Assembly (NCBI RefSeq): GCF_902652985.1
Contig: NC_047028.1
Span: 9,548,001 to 9,612,000 of the forward strand
Source: Pecten maximus
Lineage: Eukaryota
Direction: 5' to 3'
Length of the DNA stretch: 64,000 nt
The translations under genes were made by a program, and so were the position numbers. The notes beneath the pieces were generated by a model. That model was not told the DNA's origin and ran no database searches. It was given only the letters and a program-made list of their open reading frames with translations. This document shows, one piece after another, positions 1 through 9,894 of this stretch (positions within the stretch are counted from its first letter, which is position 1; every line of letters starts with the position of its first letter).

Positions 1-272
1 CATGTTAAGCCATAAGATATTTGTATAATATACAATGGAGTTAGGTATACTCTTAAAAAAAAAATACACTACCTTTAGCGAGTGTTATTCTTTAAAGAAT
101 TACATAACGAGATTGTATATAAAGTTCATCTCATTCCCCGACAAATATCAACAAAAACACAACCACTAGAGAGTTTCGTTTTTGTATAACGTATAGAAGT
201 TAGCAGATAAAACATAATATTATATTATATTATAACTATTAGACTGCTAATAGACTATTAGAAATTAATTAC

Positions 273-403
273 CCCTGCCTTGAAGTTGTAGGAATATCAC
301 TGTTGCCATAAGCTGATGGATTTTGATTTGCAGCTTTCACTTTCTGTCCTTCAGTCTTTCTTGTTCTCTGTGTGACTGTCCTTGTAGTTTGTGAAGGAGT
401 AAA
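273..403 (-). CDS. Downstream coding exon of the transposase-nuclease gene (FTPSQTTRTVTQRTRKTEGQKVKAANQNPSAYGNSDIPTTSRQ)
   Basis: Acceptor tttgttcttgcag| ending at 404, open frame in phase 0 matching the donor at 653, and donor GG|gtaatt at 272. Confidence 0.65.
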
Positions 404-653
404 CTGCAAGAACAAATATAATATAAACATTAATTACATATGTTGAATCCATTTATCATTGTTTTATTACTATATTTCATATGTTTTACATCTATAATAT
501 ATTACATATTTGTATTGAATTTTGGTATTTTTTTGGTTATATTGCTAGAAAATAATTTGTACCACAAGTGTTACCACACACATATTTTATGGATACATAA
601 ATGAGCACATCACCAAATGTGTGTGTATACGTATGGGTCCATAGTTAACATAC

Positions 654-3530
654 CCAAATGCCTGGTTCTCGTATCCCCATAAGAGTGTTATTTGTTGGTG
701 CAGCTAGTTCTGGCAACATTGCTTTGTGATAAAATGCATCCAGTTTCGGTACCATCTTCTCTATCCACAGATTTTGGTCTCTATAGATCCGTTCTAGAAA
801 CAGTTGATATGGTTTTTCTGTTCTAACCACAAAATCTGTCCATGGTAAATTGGTTATGTTCATCTGCCCCTGTATTTGGTAGTAGTAATCATGAGACTGC
901 TTTAAATGTAATTTGTTGTCTATCAATTGTAAACAGAAACCATTTACAGTACTTGCGGCTTCATACAAGTTCAAGGGTTTGTTTTGGAGCAGATTTTTAA
1001 TTTCTAGAAGTCCAGTTTCACCATTTTTTTCATTGACCTTTCCATCAGGACTTGTCGCAAGGAATTTATTGTCAAAATCTATAGAGAGACCTACTTGTTC
1101 CACGGTTACTTCAACATGTTCTTCCTTCTTTTTACAAATGTATTCTTTTATGGACATCTGTTCCGCCTGGATGCCATGTCTGGTGTAAAGATTTCCTTTG
1201 AATGGACTGTAGAGCATTTTTTTAACTAGGTTCTTCACATTGATTTTGGGATTGCGTTTGACAACAGCACCGAAATTTGAAGATGTTATACGCTTCTTCC
1301 TTTCTTTTTGCCATACAGCTGATGCCGACTGCTTTCTTGTGACACGTTCAATTGACTTCATCTTACTATCTTCAAGGTCAATGTGGGTCTTGAAGTACGT
1401 GGTTTGCAACTCTGTCAGCCTGTCTGATGAAAGATCAGGTACTGCCTCTAATGAATCTTCGCCATACTCTTTCCGTGCTTTCTTACATTCAGCTTTCTTC
1501 GTACTTTCCATTTTCCTCTTCCATCTTCTTGCTTTTCGCTCTGGCTTATTCTGGCCTTTCTTTGTTTGAAGAAGTGCTGTCTGCCTGGTATTATAAAGCC
1601 TTTCAAAATGCTTGCCAGCTTTGGTTGAGGTTGTTTCTTGCCAGACCTTTGGTGACCACTGTGGACCATAATTTTTTCGTAATGCTCCACCATAGCATCT
1701 AGAGTGCCAGGATCCACGATTGCACCTATTGTAGAGCTTGCCTCCATCGAATTTTGCCCTTATCGCCATCCAAGATTCAGCTAGATTTGTAGTTGTGTTT
1801 CCAAGTAATCTTGATGATTTGGCAGCTACTCTTTCCAATATGTTGCTGATATCCTTAAGCATCATCGAATCCAATGTCTCTAATATATTGCAATCCCCTC
1901 TGGACAGTTCTTCCTCATTGGCATTCAATGTTTCTGCCCATATATCAGTGACTTCTTCTAGAACATCTGGTATTGTTTCTTCTGCTGTATTGTCAACGTT
2001 GTTGCTACTAACTTCTATGTTTGATTGTAGAGACACATTATTACAATCCCTGGCCTTACAAAAGTCACTGCAATTAATGTGGTTTCCAAATACATGATGG
2101 ACTGAATTGTGTATATCTTTTTGAAGTTTGCGTACAGCTTCTGCTTTATTTGTTTCTTTGGATCGCATTCGAATGGCACTTCTAACACAACTTGCAATTC
2201 TCATTCTTGCTGTCTTCGATAGCTTTCCTTTACCTTTGTAGTACTGATTATCAGCAACCAGTTTTTCAAGATTTGTTCGCAAGCATTTGCAAACATGGTT
2301 CGCGCATTCTATCTTCGCAACATGGTGTCCCCACACTGGCACTTTCTCCTGGATTTTAGCGTAAACAGATGAATCACCATCAGCTATGAGTCTCGTATAC
2401 CTTACTCCATGGACCTTTTCTGCTTTTAAAAAACCATCAACAATTATGTCAGCCTCCATTGCCTGTGAACTCTCTTTCCAATTACAAAAACATCTATGAG
2501 GAGGTGGATGTGTATGGGTGGTGTCTGCTCTATTACAGAGGTAACAATGTTTATTCCTGACTCCAATATGGAGCAACTTTCCCGTCTCTGCGCCAATGAT
2601 AACTGCAACCCCACCCAGGGCATTGTAACTATGTTTGTGGGAGCGCTTGCTCCAGCCTCCATCAGCAACCACTGATATGCAAGGTATTCCATCGTCATAA
2701 TTTCCCTTCTCAATGGCAATGCGTCTTTCTTCTGCACCCGCCTCAAGCATTTCCTTTTGCAGAATTTCACCCCATAAATCTCCTATCTCCTGTTCGATAG
2801 TAGTGAATGTGCTCTGTGACATTCCTGGTGCATTTACTGTTCCCAAGAACTCATTTAATTGAGAAAGACCACCTCCCGTCACCATCGTTCCCCATACTGC
2901 ACGGACATTAATATCATAATGTTTACTACTAGTATTCATGGTATTATTAGACAATGGTAACTGTGCACTTGATTGAAATTTAAATGTCTGTTTGCATCCT
3001 TGGCACTCTGTGAGGATAATACTTGCCAACCCATTGCTTCTAATTTCACGTATCAGTTTCAAAGGAGGTACATTTGGACATACTTTATTCAAAACACGAA
3101 GACCATTACAATGCATCGAGTGCAAGGTAGTTGTTGCCAGAAAATCTTGAAATTGGTTCAGACTGACCAATCTGTACCCATCATATTCAGTTGAACTGAC
3201 CCGTTTGATTCTGTATTTGAACCCACCATCCTCTGAATCCACCAGTACCTTGTGTATGCTATACAAGTCTTGGAAATCATGATTGAAATATGTTTTTTTC
3301 ACCGCATTGTTCTTTGTTTTAGCCCTGATGTTGTAATGCTTTAGTAATCTGTCTCTGAATATTGTCAATTTGTTTTTGTATCTATATGTTTGGCCCTTAT
3401 ATACTGGTCTTCTGTCACAGTTAGCTTTTACTGTATAGTATTTTGTTCTTTTCCATTTTCTTTGAATGGAATATTTTCCTGTTGCTTTACCAAATGGCGT
3501 TTTGTTGTGTTTTTTGGATTTGTTTGCCAT
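654..3530 (-). CDS. Kolobok-type (Mutator-like Pfam domain) DDE transposase fused to a C-terminal YqaJ/lambda-exonuclease PD-(D/E)xK nuclease; main coding exon
   Basis: 961-aa ORF with VADGGWSKRSH, IIGAETGKLL..VRNKHC..C, IADGDSS, ECANH and NLAES transposase motifs. C-terminal W..ERKKRITSSNFG, SPDG, LEIK and YYQIQGQM are YqaJ motifs. The ORF end TGG|GTATGT is a splice donor at 653. Confidence 0.85.
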
Positions 3531-4807
3531 TCCTTTTCTTATAAAAGTGTATCATACCATCCCACAAACATACAAAACCTGTAGTCTTCACATGTACACC
3601 AAACATTACACGAACTTCATCAGTGTTGATATTACACGTGTCACTTATGGCACTCCGTACATTCTTCGTTTGGTTTGTATTAATTGATAAAAAACATACT
3701 AGCAACTCATGACTATTCTATAGCAATTATATATTATATAAATGTTGAATTTGTATTTATATTATTTTTGGAAGCAATATTGCACACTATAAACATATCT
3801 GAATATGCGGTACTGTCAAGTAACACCCGCATGTCACAATGTCAAAACCTTACCTGTATTCCTTCATATAACATTAAAAACAAACGATCGGATGTTTGCA
3901 GTAATGGATAAGGTTACATTTTACTTACCTATATATATTCATAAATACTGCATCGTTGATTAATATCGTGGTTTTGTAAGAAACCTCATGTTTACTCGTC
4001 GTGTTGATGTATCAATAGCCGAAGCACAACCGGACACACAATTCCGGAAGTAGTTCCGCTATAAGAAAATTTATGAAATTGAATTGTTATTTATATCTAA
4101 ATCACACTGACATTTCACCACATATAAACATTTCAATGGTTTGGAATATGATGAATCAAAATCATATAACAAATAAGTACAACAACACTTTAATCCACAT
4201 TTCTACTAAAATACAACTATATATTATTGCGCGACAAGATGCCGCACAGGAAGTGGAACAACGTAATTACGGCTTTTCAAGAACAGGCCACAAAAGTGAT
4301 CGAATAGATGCAATCCAACAATGTGACCCACGAATAACAAGTTTAAGGTTTAAATTTCATGTTCAATGCATAATTAAGATGGTATGGCCTGTGATCGGCC
4401 TCGATTAGTACTGTAAATTGAGGGTACAAATTTGGAAATACCGACTACAACACGACTCAAATCTTTGACACACAAAAAAGTTTGTGCTGTGTTGTGGATA
4501 CTGGCCAATTTTTTTTATATAAACGGGCTGGCACGAACTTCATTATAGATATGACTTTATTATTCAAAAAAGATGCTTTATTTATTTACCATATTTTGAG
4601 AGCCTTAAAACTTTTCCAGAAATGCATATTTTTTTGAGTTTTTACCCTCAAAATGTCACATAACCTAAACATTTTGGGAATCATTCTTGTATTATAAGGT
4701 GTTAATATATGGGATTTCAGTTTTCATCATGGATTTTTTTAAAACATTATTTATTTCCTTATAGTTTTAGCAAGGCATTTTGGCAGAATTTGCTATGTGC
4801 ATTACCC

Positions 4808-6445
4808 TTAAGGCATGTAAACCATCATTTATGGAAGACCAGTGTGAAGTTTGAGGATATCAGGGTAGCCATGCAATTCATCAAGAAAGATAGTTTTTGC
4901 TTTAAGTTTGATATTCATTCCGCATACCATCATGTTGATATTTTTGAGCGCCATACAAAATTTTTAGGGTTTTCCTGGCGTTTGGGGGGCAAGGTGCAAT
5001 TTTTTAAATTCAAAGTACTTCCGTTTGGTCTTAGCTCGGCTTGTTACATTTTCACAAAGCTAACCAGGCCTTTGATTAAGAAGTGGAGATCCGAGGGCAA
5101 AGAAGTTCTTATGTATTTAGATGATGGGTTAGGTACTCATAGAGATGAGACAGTGTGTGCTTCTATATCCAGTCAGGTCAAGAATGATTTGATTTTGAGC
5201 GGGTTTGTGCCGAAACCAGAGAAGTCTACTTGGTTGCCTGTCAGACAATTAGTTTTCCTCGGGAATTATATTGACACTGTTTTGGGTATTTTAAAAGTTC
5301 CCGATGTCAGATTGACAAAGTTACGTTCAAGTATTTCAGGGGTAATAACAGATATAGAGGAGAGAGGAGTTGTGAGGGTTAAAAAGGTGTCTTCTGTTGT
5401 TGGACAGATCATTTCTATGTCATATATCTTGGGTAACGTTGTCTACATAATGACAAAATGTTTGAGTATGGACGTGGCTTTGTCCCCTTCGTGGAACGTC
5501 GACATAGTGTTGTCGGGTCAAAGCGTTGAACAACTCAAGTTTTGGGACAAATCTGTTAGCGAAATTAATGGGGAAAAGTTCATTAATGATAATTCCTGTC
5601 AATCTATTGTTTTTAGCGACGCGAGTCATACAGGATACGGCGGGTACGTCATGAATACCCCTATGGGTACTTCACACGGTATGTGGTCCGAGGTTAAAGC
5701 CGGTAGGAGTTCTACTTGGCGAGAACTGTCCACTGTGGACAGGGTCATGACGTCATTGTTGCACGTCTTTCGGGGTAGACGGGTCAGATGGTACACGGAC
5801 AATAAGAATGTTGTATCTATTGTAAACAAGGGCAGCATGAGGGCCGACTTGCAGAAGGTTGCATTATCTATATTTTACACCTGTTTAAGAAATTGTATAT
5901 CAAATGATATCGAGTGGGTTCCGAGAAACGAGAATGAAAAGGCAGATTTCATAAGTCGTATTGTCGATTGTGATGATTGGGGTGTTTCCAGTGATATTTT
6001 TCAGTTTTTAGATTCCCTTTGGGGACCCCACGAGATAGACTGGTTCGCCAGCGATAACAATAACAAGTTACCTGTGTATTTTTCAAGGTATTGGAATGTG
6101 GGGTCGTCCGGTATGGATGCGTTTACAGCCGATTGGCAAGGTGTAAACGGGTGGTATGTTCCACCAGTATGCATAGTGCATCGTGTCCTTAGTTATTTGC
6201 AGCAGTGTGGCGCATATGGGACCATGGTGGTACCTCTTTGGAGGTCAGCCAGTTTTTGGCCATTTTTATGTCCAAGTGGTGGTGGCTTTATACCAGAGGT
6301 GGTGGAATTTATATACTTACCCACTAACAAAGAATCCTACTCTATGGGAAGAGGGAATAAGTCTGTGTTCGGAAGGATTGATCTTCCTTTCAAGATGATT
6401 GCTCTGAGGTTAAATTTTAACAATGCTAAATGTATTAACCTATAA
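4808..6445 (+). CDS. DIRS-order pol: reverse transcriptase + RNase H + Dam-like methyltransferase domain, 5'-interrupted
   Basis: (D)LRHVN, FDIHSAYHH, LPFGLSSA and YLDD for RT; FSDAS, RELS, YTDN and NEKADFISR for RNase H; DWFAS..N.K...YFSR...DAFT.DW...WYVPP for the MT domain. Confidence 0.92.
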   Translation, partial: LRHVNHHLWKTSVKFEDIRVAMQFIKKDSFCFKFDIHSAYHHVDIFERHTKFLGFSWRLGGKVQFFKFKVLPFGLSSACYIFTKLTRPLIKKWRSEGKEVLMYLDDGLGTHRDETVCASISSQVKNDLILSGFVPKPEKSTWLPVRQLVFLGNYIDTVLGILKVPDVRLTKLRSSISGVITDIEERGVVRVKKVSSVVGQIISMSYILGNVVYIMTKCLSMDVALSPSWNVDIVLSGQSVEQLKFWDKSVSEINGEKFINDNSCQSIVFSDASHTGYGGYVMNTPMGTSHGMWSEVKAGRSSTWRELSTVDRVMTSLLHVFRGRRVRWYTDNKNVVSIVNKGSMRADLQKVALSIFYTCLRNCISNDIEWVPRNENEKADFISRIVDCDDWGVSSDIFQFLDSLWGPHEIDWFASDNNNKLPVYFSRYWNVGSSGMDAFTADWQGVNGWYVPPVCIVHRVLSYLQQCGAYGTMVVPLWRSASFWPFLCPSGGGFIPEVVEFIYLPTNKESYSMGRGNKSVFGRIDLPFKMIALRLNFNNAKCINL

Positions 6446-6599
6446 CTGTTTACGATGGTCGTACTCCATAATAGTACGTGAAATCCTGGTGGTGGTTTTT
6501 TGATAGGGGCGTTTTGGATGTGATACTATATGTAAATAAGCAACTTACTGCTGACATTTTAATTTAGTATTTTTGTTTTGTTTAAACATATTTTCGCAG

Positions 6600-7601
6600 G
6601 CTTTCAAGCGGGAAATAGCAGAGCTGCCTGGGGCCTTAGTCGGATACGTCAGTCTCCTCCCTCAACTTTTGGCCGAAAGTAAAGCCAGTAGCACAACGAA
6701 AGGGTATTACCAGGGATTCGTACGTTGGAAGGACTGGGCCATGAAAAAAGGGTTATCTGAGGTGGAGTGTTTTCCGGCTAGGGCCATCCATGTTGCTCTC
6801 TATCTCGCGTGTTTAGTCCAGCATAGTGCGACGTCAAGCCCGGTTATGCAAGCCTATTATAGTTTAAAATGGGCGCATCTATCATTGGGAGGGATTCTCC
6901 CACTGATTCATTATTAGTGAGGAACATTCTCGAGGGAGCAAAGAGGCGTTTGTCTACACCGAGGAATAGGAAGGACCCTATTACTCCAGAACTGTTAGAA
7001 TCTATGTATTCTGCGAATTACAGTGACAAAGATTTATTTTCGCAGCGTACAATTTGTGGTTGTTTGATAGCCTATGCAGGTTTTTTACGCGTATCAGAAT
7101 TACTTAGCATACGTATGTGCGACATTGAATTTTCTGAAAGTCATATGACTATTTCAATTCGTCAGAGCAAGACTGATATTTATAGGGACGGTGACCATGT
7201 TGTAATAGCTAGGACGTATACTAAGTTATGTCCGGTATCCAATCTGGAGAGGTATATTGATATCGCGGAGTTAATACTTGGTTCAGATCGGTACATTGTA
7301 TGTGTTTCGATCTATTACTAAGACCAGCAATGGTTTTATTTTGCGCGATGAGAACAAACCTCTGTCATACACGCGGATGCGCGAGTTATTTATTCAAATG
7401 TACTCTCCTTTCGTATCTGATATCAGTAAATATGGTTTACACAGTTTACGGTCCGGCGGAGCAACAAGCGCGGCTAATTTAAAAGTGGCAGACAGAATAT
7501 TTAAGAGGCACGGCAGATGGAAATCGGAGAATGCGAAAGACTGTTATGTAAATGATTCCCTTGAGGAGAGATTGTTAGTTTCCAGGAATTTAGGTATATG
7601 A
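6600..7601 (+). pseudogene. Tyrosine recombinase of the DIRS/PAT-like element, two frameshifts (~6878, ~7292)
   Basis: Three overlapping ORFs join into one YR with FLRVSEL, SKTD, HSLRSGGA, HGRW and the catalytic Y (DCYV). Preceded by acceptor-like ttttcgcag at 6599. Confidence 0.88.
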
Positions 7602-7630
7602 CAATATACTGTTCCCGTTCTTTGGTATTC

Positions 7631-8288
7631 AGTACGCGGGTCGGTCGCCCCGTTTGCAATTTATTCAAGTGTTTGTGTGTTTTCTGGCATTAGGCACGAA
7701 CGGAGATTGTAGGAGAAATGTAATTTCTTTCGTTTGACTAGGCGGAATAAGAACGAAATTAATTTCTCCTATAGTAGAGCGGGCCGCTAGGTGGCGCTAT
7801 ATGTTACCTGCGAAGCACGTGCGTGTTCGCGGTTGTGTCATTCAGGCGACGACCTTTTAGGCGTATACACGGTCAGCGTTCGTTAAAATTTTCGATACAA
7901 ATTTTGTTTTGTTGTTAAATCTGCTTTTATTGCAGAAAGGTTTATTGGATTAGCACACAACGTCGCGGGCGTGACAGTTCGTGACTGTCTTCAGAAATAC
8001 ATTTGTGTGTATATACACAATGTAGGTAGTGTACATACATTGCCTACCGAGAGTCGGTGCGATGTTGAGTGCTTTCATGGTCATCGTATTTTTTGTAGGG
8101 GTATTGTGATGGAAATAATATAACTTGTTTTGGCTGTGTACATCGTTAGTGTAAAAGATTGCATTGTGAAATGTATGTATTTCATGGTAATTAATAAACT
8201 AGTACGCGGGTCGGTCGCCCCTTTTGCAATTTATTCAAGTGTTTGTGTGTTTTCTGGCATTAGGCACGAACGGAGATTGTAGGAGAAA
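7631..8288 (+). repeat. Split direct repeat block: B1 (7631-7718), putative A2 (7719-8200), B2 (8201-8288)
   Basis: agtacgcgggtcggtcgccc...gattgtaggagaaa occurs twice, 570 bp apart. Confidence 0.9.
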
Positions 8289-9079
8289 GGATGAACATAT
8301 GAGTCTTAGACATGTGGATAGTTTCTCTGTGAATGCATGTAAATTTCCACGACGATCAAACTGATTTTTTTACTTTCGTTTTCAAGGCAGGATTGAGACA
8401 AAACTACGTAATCCTTCGCCAACAAAATTGCATATACTGATGACGAAAATGTTTATATTTATAATCTAAAATAGTCTAAACCAAACATTCATATTTCATT
8501 TTAAATAATTGCAGTAAACACGGGAACAATCGGTTAAATCGTGTCAATAATTGCTGTTAAAATAGGAACTATATTAGGCTGCGGATGTATATCATTGTGG
8601 ATCACAGAAAAGAGAAGCTGTTAGCCGGAAACAAAAGTGTGACTAACAAAATTTACCCACCACGACTATAACGGCAGGTGCCAAAGGCATCCTGACGTTA
8701 AAAAATTAACCGTAAAGCTTGGGATAAAATATGCACATTGCTGAAAAAGGCCACAAACAATTTGACTTAAAAGGGTCCTTACTACGATCAGATGTCTTAA
8801 AAGTATGATATAGGAACATTTTTATTGATCGAAATGCCTTCCTATATACCATGTTTGTGTAATATTATCCACAGCAGCCATTTGCCTTTCAAGTTCAAAA
8901 CAAAATACTTACATCAAGTAAAATCCGATCAAAAATATGCTCCTACCTTGTCCTATAGACACTTGTAAGCATAACAGCTTGACTATTTTTCAGGTTTGGT
9001 CATTTGCGTAACTTAGGAATCATTCCATGCTACATCTTACCACAAAGTAACTGTATAAAAAAACTGATAGCATCTACAG

Positions 9080-9300
9080 GGGGCCGCGGTGGCCGAGTGG
9101 TTAAGGTGTCCCGACACTTTATCACTAGCCCTCCACCTCTGGGTTGCGAGTTCGAAACCTACGTGGGGCAGTTGCCAGGTACTGACCGTAGGCCGGTGGT
9201 TTTTCTCCGAGTACTCCGGCTATCCTCCACCACCAAAACCTGGCACGTCCTTAAATGACCCTGGCTGTCAATAGGACGTTAAACAAAAACAAAAAAAAAC
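9080..9300 (+). mobile_element. tRNA-derived SINE with V-domain-like core
   Basis: A box TGGCCGAGTGG, B box GAGTTCGAAAC, core ggtttttctccgagtactccggc, A/C-rich tail and TSD ctacag. Near-identical copy at 32941-33166. Confidence 0.88.
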
Positions 9301-9894
9301 CTACAGCAAATTATTGGTGATTTTTAGAAACTACATGTCCAAACAAACATATTGGTATATTACATGTACATGGCTATTTTTGTGCAAATATTTAGATATT
9401 TACTCGTTTTTGAAATTCAACATTATTCTGCTATATAGATTATCCTTAATATCCTCCACATTTACATGTACAGAGAAATTGAGAAAAATAAAAGTGTACT
9501 ATTGTAGTGGAATAAATCTTAAAACCTCAAATAACAAATAAATCGAAAGTCCGAATAAACGAAACACATTTTAGGTCACCTGAGACGAAGTTATATCATC
9601 CCCCCCCCCCCCCCCCCCCCTCGTGCCTAGCCCAACTCCTGAAATCTGTTGGTATTACTTAAGACACTGTTCTGAACCGAAACTCAATACAAAATCCAGT
9701 CACTTTCATTTCATTTTCAAAACAATTTATTCAATCATCTATAAAGTGTTTTACATATACAAACTCTCGCCCTGAAAAACATCAGAGAAACAAAGGAGAA
9801 ACAAAACCATAAGGAAAGCAAATATAACAAGTCATTGCATCAATATAATTTACATCCAAAAAAATAAGAGAACTTCCAACTAAAAGCACTGCCA

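Larger units (their letters stand above)
1..4807 (-). mobile_element. Kolobok-like DNA transposon; 5' terminus at 4807, other end outside the window
   Basis: Minus-strand terminus TTAA|GGGTAATGCAC fits the Kolobok TTAA target and purine-purine terminus. RT homology starts abruptly at this TTAA (4808-4811). Confidence 0.7.
4808..8288 (+). mobile_element. 3' part of a PAT-like (DIRS order) YR retrotransposon with split direct repeats
   Basis: RT-RH-MT plus YR, followed by an 88-bp direct repeat at 7631-7718 and 8201-8288 (1 mismatch), with AATAAA at 8193-8198. Confidence 0.82.

Noticed and set aside
913-3705. Short ORFs overlapping the transposase on both strands
   Set aside because: Shadow frames of the long ORF with no recognisable motifs.
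4709-4807. N-terminus of the 578-aa ORF as the true RT start
   Set aside because: No RT similarity; it is read-through from the transposon end upstream of the TTAA.
9080-9170. Functional tRNA gene
   Set aside because: No clean cloverleaf or terminator; it continues into a SINE core and tail with a TSD and has multiple copies.
9600-9620. Poly-C tract as a functional G-quadruplex
   Set aside because: A simple homopolymer of unreliable length with no supporting context.
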